A DNA stretch of 64,000 bases, taken from Pseudomonadota bacterium. GTDB lineage: Bacteria > UBA10199 > 2-02-FULL-44-16 > DYJF01. The notes under the pieces are model-generated. The model saw only the letters and a list, made by a program, of their open reading frames with translations. It made no database searches and was not told where the DNA came from. The translations under genes and the position numbers were made by a program. Positions 1 through 10,645 of this stretch are shown piece by piece; the first letter of the stretch is position 1, and each line of letters begins with the position of its first letter. Location of the stretch: assembly GCA_043823065.1 (NCBI GenBank), contig JBDRBB010000010.1, positions 96,001 to 160,000 on the forward strand. The letters are read 5' to 3'.

Positions 1-24
1 TTCGTTTCCCCTAAGTTCCCACTT

Positions 25-52
25 CCGTTCATCCTGAGCCTGTCGAAGGATG
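25..52. repeat. REP-like palindromic element (CCGTTCATCCTGAGCCTGTCGAAGGA family)
   Basis: Related copies at 21870-21946 and 62835-62856; lies just after a stop codon. Confidence 0.7.
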
Positions 53-53
53 C

Positions 54-971
54 TTATGTAAATATTTCCTTAAGAAGATTGCTAGGCTGCTTCCAGGCCT
101 TAATCGAAAAAGGCACAATACACCCACAACGATTGCAGTCAGCTTTTCCGCCAATAACACAGGGAAGTTTAGGCTCGCCAAACGCATCTAAGGCAATTCC
201 GTGTTTTACAAACACACAGTTTTTTCCAACTGCTTTATGCTTGTGTCTGGCTTGCATTAACTTAAAAGTATTTAACGGCGCGCCAATTAAATCTCCATAT
301 TTATTCTTTTTTAGATCAAACAATTTATTTAAAACTTTATCTCTTTGAGCAAAGTCCAGCCACAGCTCTTCTTTAACGCCTTTAATAGGTGTAAAAAAAT
401 CAAACAAGATAAATTTTATTTGAGCAACTTTTTTCCATTCCTCTAGCAACGGTTCAATACATTCCACATTTCCTTTATGTAAACAACAAGCCAAGATTAC
501 TTTTTGATTCTGCTCCAAAATATTTTTCTTCAACTTTGCATACGAACCAACCCCTCTTACTTGATCATGCAATTTTTCTGTGCCATCTACTGAAATATGG
601 AAATCAACATCTGGCCAATTAGGCAAAGGTAAAGTACCATTTGTTACTACCCGATTACTTTTAAAAAACTTCTTTGCCTGGGCAATCAAATCTTTGCGCA
701 ATAAAGGTTCGCCACCAACCCAGGTACAACTAAAAAAAGGATGTTTCCCTTTTTGCATTTTTTCAATGCGCGCTAACCATTGTTCATTAGTGAGTTCTTT
801 TTTATCTTCTTGTTTATAAGCATAAAAATAACAATGTGCGCATCTTAAGTTGCACTTATTGGTCACATCAATTGAACAAAATGTATTCTTAGGAAAAGGC
901 GCTACCATCAAAGCTAATCGCGGTAAAACTTTTCCCTTCCAAAACGGATGCTTCTTTTTGTCTTCAGCCAT
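54..971 (-). CDS. Radical SAM protein with Cys-rich C-terminal (SPASM/twitch-like) domain
   Basis: CNLRCAHC (CxxxCxxC), GGEP, C-terminal CV..PCV..CNRCGC; probable start MAEDKK at 971. Confidence 0.85.
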   Translation of the reverse strand: MAEDKKKHPFWKGKVLPRLALMVAPFPKNTFCSIDVTNKCNLRCAHCYFYAYKQEDKKELTNEQWLARIEKMQKGKHPFFSCTWVGGEPLLRKDLIAQAKKFFKSNRVVTNGTLPLPNWPDVDFHISVDGTEKLHDQVRGVGSYAKLKKNILEQNQKVILACCLHKGNVECIEPLLEEWKKVAQIKFILFDFFTPIKGVKEELWLDFAQRDKVLNKLFDLKKNKYGDLIGAPLNTFKLMQARHKHKAVGKNCVFVKHGIALDAFGEPKLPCVIGGKADCNRCGCIVPFSIKAWKQPSNLLKEIFT

Positions 972-1066
972 AAAACCGACATACCTAATTATCATTCCTA
1001 AAATCAATCATTAAATAGTGTAGCAGTGGCGTACGAAACCGGGTCAATTCTCGCTACAGCCCATTA

Positions 1067-1216
1067 TTAAGTTGCGTAGGTGAGTGTTACTGCGCTAAAT
1101 CCAAAATTTCTTCACGCGCCAGAAATTTTGGAAGCGTTCTTCGCTCTCCATGTTATATAGGCTGCTGTGATGACTCGCTCGCACGCCGCGCAGTAACACT
1201 CACCTACGCAACTTAA
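1067..1216. repeat. Structured repeat family A, copy 1 (29-bp perfect terminal inverted repeat)
   Basis: 1067-1095 is the exact reverse complement of 1188-1216; core nearly identical to 4316-4407. Confidence 0.9.
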
Positions 1217-1376
1217 CATGAGTTATAGAAACTCGAATCAATTTCTTACTTCAAATGTTTGGTGGTCCTTAAGGGATTGTCCGAAAAACAGACAGCTGAG
1301 TGCCATATTTGTGCACTTATCCCCGGTTACGTTAAATACTTGCCATTATTGGCAGGTGGGATATAAATCCTGGCTT

Positions 1377-3698
1377 ATGGCAATTTTAGGATTTTCTACA
1401 CAAATCTGGATTACTTTAGGACCGCTTTTGGTAATCAACTTTATCTTTTTGGTTTCTTTGTTGGCTTACACTTTTACCAAAAATTCCCGTAGGCGCGACA
1501 TTCCAGAGTCAGCAACTAGGCATAAAACAAAACTGCTTGGAGCCCATCTTAAAGAATGGTGGGTTTTTTCCACAGACCCAATAGCCCATTTTCTCGTACG
1601 CATAGGCCTTAGACCTAGCATCATTACTATTATTGGTTTTTTATTTAGCGCAGTTGCCGGCTTTCTTTTTGCCTATGGTTTGTTTGGTTATGCTGGTTGG
1701 GTCATGATCTTTGGCGCCACCTTTGATATTTTTGACGGAAGAGTAGCTAGGCTCACTAACCAAGAAACCAGATCTGGCGCTTTTCTAGATTCAGTAATGG
1801 ATAGATTTGGTGAAGGCGTTTGTTTTTTAGGACTGGCTTTTTATTTTCGTTCTTCCTGGATCCTCTTTTTTGTTATTGCCGGCTTAATCGGCTCTATGCT
1901 GGTTTCTTATACGCGTGCTCGCGGCGAAGCAATTAATGTGGTATGCAAGGGCGGCTCTATGCAACGGCCGGAACGAATTGTTTATTTAGGAGTTTCCTCA
2001 GTCTTAAATCCAGTGGCTAGTGTAATTGTAATGCATTGGATCTCAACTCCTCCGCCAATCTTGGTAATTGGCGCCTTGCTTATTATCGCGGTCATGACCA
2101 ACTTTACAGCTATCCAGCGCATGGTATTTATTATGAATAGCTTAGATACTATGGATAGAAGTGAGCGGGAAACCATACCGCAACTTTTAACCAAACTCTC
2201 CACCAAAACTGGAAGAAAGCAAATACTATCCAAAGCTCGCTATGGCTATGATCGAAGCAAAACACATCTTGATCATGTTTTGTTTTTTTTAATGGGTGGA
2301 ACCAACATTGATTTAATAACTGAACTCTTAAAAAAGGGTGAACTACCAAACACTCAACGTTATGTTATAGAGCGCGGCAACATTTATCAAGCTACCAGCT
2401 CCTTTCCAACCACAACTGGCCCAGCTTTTACACCATTTATTACCGGGTGTTTTCCTGGAACCTGCAATATACCAGGCGCCCGATGGTTTGACCGTGAAGT
2501 CCCTTCAGCTAAAATTCTTACTATCAATCGCTTTCGAGATTACCTGGGCTGGGGCGCGCATGCCATGGATCATGATCTTTCTGGTAATGTAAAAACTATA
2601 TATGAATATTCCAAACGCGCTGCAAATATTTTAGGCATGTTAAACCGGGGTTGCGGAATTATTCGCGATCCAGCTTTTTTCCGTCTTCATTCCTTATATC
2701 ATGGCAAGCGTTCGATAGATATCCGCGAACTAGAAAACGCTGCTTATGAATGGTTTTTAGATGCAGTACACCGTCGAGCTGATTTTATTTTTTATTCATT
2801 TCCATCTGTTGATTTAGAAAATAAAACTGTTTTATCCAAACAAGCAAGCGCTGAATCTCTAAAAAGATTTGATCAAACAGTAGGTAAGACTGTCAAGGTG
2901 TTAATGGAAGAAGGCTTGTTTGAAAAAACAGCAATCATGGTTGCTAGTGATCATGGCTGTGGCTTTGCAGAAAAATCTCTGGATTTAACTGAAGTTATTG
3001 CTAAACATTTTTCAACTCTCAGCTTTCCCTTAAAACTTAGAGAATGGAACAAAGTTAGGGCAATTCCCTTACTGTCTGGTTCTTCTGCTGCTCATATTTA
3101 TTTAAGAAATGGAGATGATTGGTCGCACAACAATCCTTTTGAACAATTAGAAAAAACGGGTATTGTACAAGCCTTAATTGAAAAAGATGAAATAGATTTG
3201 CTTGCTGGTCGCAGCCAAGAAAGCGGCATTATCATTCAAAGCAAAAAAGGGCGGGCCAGAATCTTGGAAAAGGCTGATGGCAATATAACCTATCACATTG
3301 TTGATCAAGATCCCTTTGGCCTAGACCAAATTTCTGACAACTTAAATGAACAGTCAGCTTTATTATCTTTTAAAAATTCTGCTTATCCAGATGGCATCAT
3401 GCAAATTGTGCAGCAATTTAGATCTTCCCGAAGTGGAGATTTAATTGTCAGTGCCAGCAAGGGCGCGGTCCTTGATGGCAGTAAAAAGGGTAGCCCTACC
3501 CATGGTTCGTTGAATAAGGAAAATATTCTTGTTCCTTTTTTATCCAGCGTCCCGCTAAGACAAACAAATTTGCGCACTGTAGATTGTTTTTCCATTGTTC
3601 TTAACCTACTTGGTATAAAGGCTACCCACCGTGTGGACGGCATACAGCTAAACCAATTTTTAGAATCAAAAAAACAGGAGGTTCAGCATGCCCAATAA
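1377..3698 (+). CDS. CDP-alcohol phosphatidyltransferase fused to alkaline-phosphatase-superfamily (ENPP/type I phosphodiesterase) domain
   Basis: DIFDGRVAR..GAFLDSVMDR motif in TM N-half; FPTTTGP, ASDHG, HGSL in C-half; likely start MAILG at 1377. Confidence 0.8.
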   Translation: MAILGFSTQIWITLGPLLVINFIFLVSLLAYTFTKNSRRRDIPESATRHKTKLLGAHLKEWWVFSTDPIAHFLVRIGLRPSIITIIGFLFSAVAGFLFAYGLFGYAGWVMIFGATFDIFDGRVARLTNQETRSGAFLDSVMDRFGEGVCFLGLAFYFRSSWILFFVIAGLIGSMLVSYTRARGEAINVVCKGGSMQRPERIVYLGVSSVLNPVASVIVMHWISTPPPILVIGALLIIAVMTNFTAIQRMVFIMNSLDTMDRSERETIPQLLTKLSTKTGRKQILSKARYGYDRSKTHLDHVLFFLMGGTNIDLITELLKKGELPNTQRYVIERGNIYQATSSFPTTTGPAFTPFITGCFPGTCNIPGARWFDREVPSAKILTINRFRDYLGWGAHAMDHDLSGNVKTIYEYSKRAANILGMLNRGCGIIRDPAFFRLHSLYHGKRSIDIRELENAAYEWFLDAVHRRADFIFYSFPSVDLENKTVLSKQASAESLKRFDQTVGKTVKVLMEEGLFEKTAIMVASDHGCGFAEKSLDLTEVIAKHFSTLSFPLKLREWNKVRAIPLLSGSSAAHIYLRNGDDWSHNNPFEQLEKTGIVQALIEKDEIDLLAGRSQESGIIIQSKKGRARILEKADGNITYHIVDQDPFGLDQISDNLNEQSALLSFKNSAYPDGIMQIVQQFRSSRSGDLIVSASKGAVLDGSKKGSPTHGSLNKENILVPFLSSVPLRQTNLRTVDCFSIVLNLLGIKATHRVDGIQLNQFLESKKQEVQHAQ

Positions 3699-4284
3699 AA
3701 AAGATAATGCCCAAGGAATTGAAGCCTTAGATATGGCTTTTGACAGTTTTATCCAAGGCGCTGGAAATATTACGGCAGCGCTTTTAGGTATGATTAATAA
3801 AGCAGGTGGGCAAATTTATGCGCTTTTATTTTTAAGCGCTGAACCTCTTTCTTTGGATTGCATTTCAGAACGTTTAAGTCTTAGCAAAAGCAATGTTTCG
3901 ATTAATATTAGATTATTGGAAGATTTCAACCTAGTACGCAAAGTTTGGGTAAAAGGTTCGCGCAAAGACTACTATGCTGCGGAAAGGGTTTATCCCAAAA
4001 AAGTGTTGCGTGATTTTCTGGAAAAGATTCAAAGAAACTTAAGAGAATCAATCACCATTATTGAAAAAACTAGGGCTCATGCTACTCAAGCAAAAGTACT
4101 TCTAGACGATGAAAACAGGGAACAGGCTGAATTTGTATTAGATCAACTAAATCTAATCGGCCTGTTTTATTATGCTGCAGATAAATTTTTTGCCGACTTT
4201 TTTTCCGGCAAAGAGATGAACCTAGATATATTCCGCCAGGCTATCTTGCACCCTGATGAATTTCATCCAGGGAATAAAAGTTGA
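3688..4284 (+). CDS. GbsR/MarR family transcriptional regulator
   Basis: GQIYALLFLSAEPLSLD..SKSNVS..GSRKDYY wHTH pattern; SD GGAGG. Confidence 0.85.
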   Translation: MPNKKDNAQGIEALDMAFDSFIQGAGNITAALLGMINKAGGQIYALLFLSAEPLSLDCISERLSLSKSNVSINIRLLEDFNLVRKVWVKGSRKDYYAAERVYPKKVLRDFLEKIQRNLRESITIIEKTRAHATQAKVLLDDENREQAEFVLDQLNLIGLFYYAADKFFADFFSGKEMNLDIFRQAILHPDEFHPGNKS

Positions 4285-4290
4285 TAATAA

Positions 4291-4432
4291 GTTGCGCGGG
4301 TGTACCTTGTCTCGCTAAATCCAAAATTTCCTCACGCGCCAGAAATTTTGGAAGCGTTCTTCGCTCGCCATGTCATATAGGCTGCTGTTATGGCTCGCTC
4401 GCACGCCGCGAGACAAGGTACACCCACGCAAC
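4291..4432. repeat. Structured repeat family A, copy 2
   Basis: 25-bp terminal inverted repeat with 1 mismatch; core differs from copy 1 at 5 of 92 nt. Confidence 0.9.
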
Positions 4433-4547
4433 CCATTATCCCTCGGTGATTGCGTATCTAATGGCACTCAGCTGTCTATTTTTAAGGGAAGCTTACGGAA
4501 CCAATTTATGCCAGCAATGACAACAATTAAAAACCAGTAGCGGAATT

Positions 4548-4739
4548 CGGGCAAAAGATGGTTTAGGAGTTTTTTTGGAATCCTTTGTATTGTGCTAGTG
4601 GCGTAGGGCGGCTTTTCGAACCGGACTGACATCGCTTGAAGCTACTAATAGTTTCGTAATAGCCTGAAGGAGGTGAGAAAAGTCGGCCGAGAGCTACTAG
4701 CACAATATCTCGCGTGCCTCCTTCACCATCTTTTGTCTG
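4548..4739 (+). repeat. Structured repeat family B, copy 1
   Basis: Nested inverted repeats 4552-4562/4725-4735 and 4588-4602/4693-4707; core homologous to reverse complement of 55942-56058. Confidence 0.85.
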
Positions 4740-4745
4740 ATGTAG

Positions 4746-7466
4746 CTAGAATACAAAGCCAAACGTCAAATGAAACCTGCCAAATGATTCGCCAGCACGG
4801 CGGCGGATCTTAATGCCATAGTCAGCGCGCAAAGGGCCAACCGGCGTAATGTAGCGAATGCCAAAACCATATGATTCACGGGTCATATTCCAAGTTAATT
4901 CATCAAAATCATTAGCCAATGCGCCCATGTCGTAAAATGCCGCTAAATAGAAAGGATGATAAAGACGAAATCTTAGCTCTTCGTTAAATATCCAGCGAGT
5001 TTTTGCACCAACTGCATCTCCTGCTGCATTAACCGGCCCCAAAGAATCTTCGCTATAACCACGCACTGTATCATCACCGCCTAAAAACAAGAGTTCATTA
5101 GTAGGCACAATAACATTATTACCTATGGTTTGAATGTGATTAAGACGCAGGGCTGTGCTTAAAGTAAAACGCCAATAAGAAATATCGTGCTCGCCTTGCC
5201 AAGTAAAACCAACAAAATTGGCCTCATTACCTTTAATTTCATTAAAAATATCTACTTGGCCTAAAGTGTACCAACCCTTTTGCGGATTAGAAAAACTGTC
5301 TCTAGTGTCATAACTGCCTGAAACAGTTATCTTAGAAATTGTATTATCACGCAGGCTTTCTTGAGATGCTGCTGTAGTGTTTCCTTCAATAAAGTAATTA
5401 CGATCCAGTTCATAGCGAAACAAAAAACCCAAAGCATGATATCTTCTAAAAAAACTAACACTACCTGCTCCTTGTATATAATTAAAAGCAGGTCTTCTGG
5501 CATGTTGCAGCCAGGTATTAACTGACATCTCAAGGCCTGATCCCAAAAATCTAGGATCTAACCACCCAATCTCGGCTCTGGATAAGTCCTGTCCAGCAGT
5601 TAGCTTGAACAAAGTATGCTTTGCCCAACCAAAAGAATTTAAATTTTTGAAAGCAATAAAGCCTGTAAATTGTTCGTCTGTGGAGTAACCAAATCCCAAA
5701 TCTAAAAGAAAAGGTCTTTGCTCATCAACATCCACCTTAATCTGCACTTCTGGTTGCTCTTCTTCAATGCCTATAGTTTCCACACGCACAGCAGAATATG
5801 CACCTAATCTTCGCAAGTTTAATCTGCTCTCTACAATTTTTTTATAACTATATGGTTCTCCTTCTTTAATACCCATAGCTTTCTTAATGGCTTTTTGGCT
5901 GCTTAATACATCACCGACTATTAATATGTGGCCAATTCTTACTTCTTGACCCTCATGAATATCGTAAAGAATTCGAGCAGATTTTTCCTCATCATTTAAG
6001 ATTAAAGCTTGATCTACTTTGGCATATGGATAACCATGATTAGCATAAAAACCTAAAAGCCTTGTCTTATCATTCTTCAAGGCTACCATATTTAATGGTT
6101 TATCTACTTTTACATTAAGATTTTCTTCTAGTTTTGTATTAGTAAAAGCCTGATTTCCAGTAAAAACAATTTGCTCTACTCTGGTCTGAGTTCCTTCAAT
6201 AATAGGAATATCAACAATTAAATCATAGCCTTGTTCTGAATCTTTAATCTCCCACTGGCCAACTTCAGTTTCTAAAAAACCTTTTTTAGAATATTCTGTT
6301 TTTATAGCCTTTGAATCATGATCGATTAAATCAGGGTCAAAGCCGCCTTTAAAACCAAATCCCCGCTGGGTTGTGGTCATTGTTTTATCCAATTTAGCAG
6401 AAGAGATATTTTCATTACCCTGAAAATATATCCTTTTAATAATACGCGATTTTCCTTCTGCTATATTAAATATTATTTTAACCCTGTCTGGCTCATCTTG
6501 AATTTTTTTACTGGTCACCTGCACATCTGGATAGCCTCTCTCTTTGTATAGTTTTTTTATGGCCTCCATGCTGGCCTCAATCTCATAACTATCAAAACTG
6601 CCTTCTTTAAAAATAGTAATTGTATCCTTTAATTTATTGTCGCTGGCCACCTGATTTCCTTCAAAAATCGCCTTTACATTAGGGCCTTCTCTAACTTCTA
6701 AAATTAAATCTACACACCTTTCTTCAAAATTAATTTTCTTTTCTACAATTTTGATTTTGGCACGAGGATAACCATGTAAATGATAAAATTCGGTGAGCTT
6801 TCTTAAAGCCCTTTTTAATCTAATTTCAGAATAAGGTTTCCAGGTATTGATCGCGCTGATAAATCTGCCATCAGGATAAGCGTTATTGCCTCTTACCTCG
6901 ATATTGCGATATCGCAGCACTTCACCATGCTTAACCCTAAAAGTAATAGCCACTCCATTTTTTGCAGGTTGCTCCATTTCTTTTACCTGCACTTCTGTGG
7001 CCACAATTCCTTGCCTCTTATAAAACTCTTTAATGCGCTCCACTTGGTCAGCTACACGCTTTGGAGTATAAATATCCCCAGCATTCAAGGTTAAATATTT
7101 TTTTATTTTATTTTCTAAAAAAGGATAATTCCCCTGAATATCCACTTGGGTAATTACAGTCGCCATCTTAAAATTAAGCTCAATATCCATCCCATCTTTT
7201 GTAGACTCTGTTGTTGCTTCTATTTTATCAAACACACCCCATTCCCTCAGATAACTAATGGCCAAATCTAATTTTTGATAATTAAAAATATCACCCTTTT
7301 TAAAAGGAATTACATCTCGAACAGTTTGCTCATTAATTCCTTTTAAACCAAACAGACGAATTTCAGCAACTAGCTGGTTTTCTTGAGCAAAGCTTGCCCA
7401 GGCCAGCAAGAGCAGCACTAATAAACCGAGCCAAAATATTTTCTTAGTAAAAAATTTATAATTCAT
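4746..7466 (-). CDS. Omp85 family outer membrane protein (BamA/TamA type, many POTRA domains)
   Basis: Signal peptide, repeated POTRA motifs, GGDDTVRGY, TPVGPLRADYG, C-terminal Phe; follows a tamB-like gene. Confidence 0.9.
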   Translation of the reverse strand: MNYKFFTKKIFWLGLLVLLLLAWASFAQENQLVAEIRLFGLKGINEQTVRDVIPFKKGDIFNYQKLDLAISYLREWGVFDKIEATTESTKDGMDIELNFKMATVITQVDIQGNYPFLENKIKKYLTLNAGDIYTPKRVADQVERIKEFYKRQGIVATEVQVKEMEQPAKNGVAITFRVKHGEVLRYRNIEVRGNNAYPDGRFISAINTWKPYSEIRLKRALRKLTEFYHLHGYPRAKIKIVEKKINFEERCVDLILEVREGPNVKAIFEGNQVASDNKLKDTITIFKEGSFDSYEIEASMEAIKKLYKERGYPDVQVTSKKIQDEPDRVKIIFNIAEGKSRIIKRIYFQGNENISSAKLDKTMTTTQRGFGFKGGFDPDLIDHDSKAIKTEYSKKGFLETEVGQWEIKDSEQGYDLIVDIPIIEGTQTRVEQIVFTGNQAFTNTKLEENLNVKVDKPLNMVALKNDKTRLLGFYANHGYPYAKVDQALILNDEEKSARILYDIHEGQEVRIGHILIVGDVLSSQKAIKKAMGIKEGEPYSYKKIVESRLNLRRLGAYSAVRVETIGIEEEQPEVQIKVDVDEQRPFLLDLGFGYSTDEQFTGFIAFKNLNSFGWAKHTLFKLTAGQDLSRAEIGWLDPRFLGSGLEMSVNTWLQHARRPAFNYIQGAGSVSFFRRYHALGFLFRYELDRNYFIEGNTTAASQESLRDNTISKITVSGSYDTRDSFSNPQKGWYTLGQVDIFNEIKGNEANFVGFTWQGEHDISYWRFTLSTALRLNHIQTIGNNVIVPTNELLFLGGDDTVRGYSEDSLGPVNAAGDAVGAKTRWIFNEELRFRLYHPFYLAAFYDMGALANDFDELTWNMTRESYGFGIRYITPVGPLRADYGIKIRRRAGESFGRFHLTFGFVF

Positions 7467-10400
7467 TATCTAAAGCGAAATCTTAAAATACCATTTATTT
7501 CATAACGATCATCAGTGCTGCGCGAACCTTTGAGTAAGAGATTGTCCGTAAACAGATACTCGGCTTCTAAGGTTTGAACTGCATTGGTGGTGTTAATATC
7601 TGTGGTAAAATCCAGCGTTAAACGATCTGATAATTGTTTCCCAATTGATACGCGAGAAATAATCTGCTCTGTTTCTGAAGCCTCTAATCTAAACGTATCT
7701 AAATGAGTAAGCTTAGATACTGGCCTTTCCACAATATGGGTAAGTTGCTGAGCAGCCATGGAAACACCAAACTTTCCACCTTTACTGGCTTCAAGTTGCT
7801 CGCGCTCAGTTTCAGTCATACCAAAGGCTAGCAAAGATATAACGTCTCTTTTTTCCAAAGGACCAGTTGGCGAAGTTGCAGATAATTCAATATTTAGATT
7901 GTCTACATTCCCAAAAACTTCTACCATAACATTATATACTTCAATTTCTTTTTGACCAACCGCTTCCAAATACGGAGCTTGTTCTGGTCCTCTAAATTCC
8001 ATGAAACCACGCGTGATTTCAAAGTTTAACCCCATGTAATGCAATTCTCCTTCTATAACCTCTACTGTGCCTCCAATTAAAGAATTTTTGCGCGTACCCC
8101 CAACATCCACATCAGCTCGCAAAGAAATATCACCTACATTATTTTTAATTAACAACTCTCCTGTATTATGAACCCTCAAATCCAGTCTAGGATTAAATAT
8201 ATATTCCACTGGAGCTTGTTTTTTGGTACCTTTGGTTGCCTGCTTTAAGATATTAAAGTCTTTAATATATCTGGCATCTAAAATAGCCAAATCTCCTTTT
8301 AACAAGGGAGAGGGAAAGTTTCCTTTTAAGTCAAAATTGCCTTCAAACTCAGCTCTAAAAAAACCATCATCGCTCCTAAAAGTGAGATTTTCGCCAACAA
8401 ATTTAATATCAATGTTTTTTATTTGATAAAATTGATGTTCCAGTTCACCAGTAAGTTCAAATTTTCCTTCTTCTACCAAACCTTCTAAATCTTTAAAAAA
8501 TATTTTATGTCCATTAAAAGCAAGTTCGCCAACTATCTGTTCCATCGGTAAATACACTTGCCGAGGGGAGATCAAACACTCCATTAACTCTGCTTTGCCA
8601 TCTAAGCTTGGATTTTTGATGCTACCACTTGCCCTTAAATTAACCTGTGCCTGCCCAGCTGTTTCCCTAAAAAAATAACCCAAGGGAGCTAAGAGGCCTA
8701 AATCTAATAAACCATCTGCCCTTAAATTAACTTGGCCGCCGCTAATTAAATTTCCTTCTACATTAATTTTTTGTTCTGGAATTTCAGGGTTAATATAGTT
8801 AAGTTTTTTAATATTCCATTGTTTGCGTTCATAGTTATACCCAATTTCTACAGCTAGGCCTTTGGTTGGACTTCCTGTTAAATTAAAAGCACCACCAATC
8901 ATGTCCATCTGCACTGGTTCTTCAAAACTAACAGCTTTAACTGTATGGGGTTTAAAACTTATATTATCAAAAACCAGTTTTTTTCTGGAAATAGCCAGAT
9001 CAGCACTAGCTAAATCAAAGGGTATAAATACAAGATTGCCATTTTCAATTTTGGCTTTTGCCTGCCCTTGAATGCTCATTACTTCACCTTCAAGTTTGAT
9101 CTCACCAGTTGCTAAACCAGAAATACCAAAACTGGGCAAAAGCTGTTCTACCGGGTGGTTATATAAACTGCCTGATAAATTCAAATCTTTGTGCCTTCGT
9201 TGATCAGCAAGTTTTGCCCCAAATTTAATTGTTAGCTGGGCTTGGCCTGTTTGTTTATCTTTCTCAAAAACCTGCCAATCCAAAAATAACTTATCATATC
9301 CTGCCTCAACTTTGGTATTAACCTTCTGCACTTGCATGGGCAGATAACCACCATCATTGGTTGTAGCCTGCGCTGTTATTTTGAATTGTTTTCCCCAACC
9401 AGTTATTTCCCCTTCAAAGTTTGTTTTGCCATAAATTTTATGAAAGTAGGGGCTTTCAAACTTATCAAAAGCAGCTTCTGCGGGAAACTCGTTGCCTTTG
9501 AGTTTGAGATTCAATTGTTTTTTATTGGTATCAATATTGCCCTCAATTAAAACAGTTCCTTCTTGAGCCTTAAGCTGCCCTTGATTAATAGTAAAAATTC
9601 CTTGCCGCCAAGAAGCTTGGGTCTGAATGGTCAAAGGAAAAGTTTTGGCCTTGGCAAATTTATGTTCTAATTCAATTTTTGCCTGGCCTGTACCATGCAA
9701 GATATTAAAACCCGTCCCTTGAGCTTCTATTGAACCTGAAATTTCTCCAGCAGTTTCCAAAGTTTTAATGGGTTTACCTAAATAGGGCAAATAGATGGGT
9801 TTGGGGATATTCAGATTGGTCTGCCAGGTTTCCTCGCTTAAATTAGCCTTTAATGAGCCCTCCAATTCTTTTTCATCAATAATAATTTTTAAGGTATCTA
9901 AACTAAGCTTTTGGCCTTTAAATTCTAGCTGGGCACTTAGTGAATCAAGCTCAATCTGCTCAAACCAAGCTTGTGTTAAACTAAGCTTTCCCTTAAGATC
10001 GTTGAAATAAGGAAAGGCCTGGGTCCATCTTGCTAGTCTGGTCACTGCTTCTAGATTAAAGCTCTTTAGCTCAGCTTTCTTTTTCCCCTGACTATTATAA
10101 AAAAAATCATCTCCACTTAAACCTAGCCTGGTTGTGCCAAACAAGGTGGGGCTGAGGCTTAAACGTAATTCAGTCAACTTTAAAAAATTCTGGCCTGGGA
10201 AAAGAAAATCCGCATTTTTCACCACTCCTTGCTTAATAATGATATTTTGCAAGACTAAAAGCTTGGCAATATTAAAACTAATTTTTCTTTTTTCCTGAGA
10301 CTTGGTTAAATGCAACGTTAGATCTTGAATAATAAAAGATTGAACATAAAATTTGCCTCGCAATAGATCCCAGGGTCGATATTTGAGAAAAAAATGGTTT

Positions 10401-10644
10401 ACTTTTATGGCATTTGGATTTGTTTTATTTTGAATGTCTAGATTATCAACACAATGGTGCTGCTAAAAAACCGCCAATCAAAATTAGTAAATTTTATCTC
10501 CCATTTGCTCTGGGCGGTTGCGCTATCCAAAACATATCTGATAGTTGCTGGATGAGTTAAAACCACACTCAATAAAACCACAAAAAAGCTGGTAATAATT
10601 ATCACCAGCCCAACATTTCGCAAGGCTTTGCTTTTAGCACGCAT
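7466..10644 (-). pseudogene. tamB: TamB/AsmA-like protein, frameshifted near 10450 (or sequencing error)
   Basis: ORF 10438-10644 holds the N-terminal TM anchor; the frame of ORF 7466-10363 is open upstream (VDNLDIQNK...WDLLRGKFY) and joins with a 1-nt shift; DUF490-like C-terminus. Confidence 0.75.
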
Positions 10645-10645
10645 A

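Noticed and set aside
1067..1216. Retron msr-msd
   Set aside because: Long terminal inverted repeats fit, but there is no reverse transcriptase in the window
1218..1376. N-terminal 53 aa of the 826-aa ORF
   Set aside because: It overlaps the repeat and promoter-like sequence; the hydrophobic domain starts at Met 1377
4281..4520. 79-aa ORF
   Set aside because: It is a translation of repeat family A copy 2 and has no protein features
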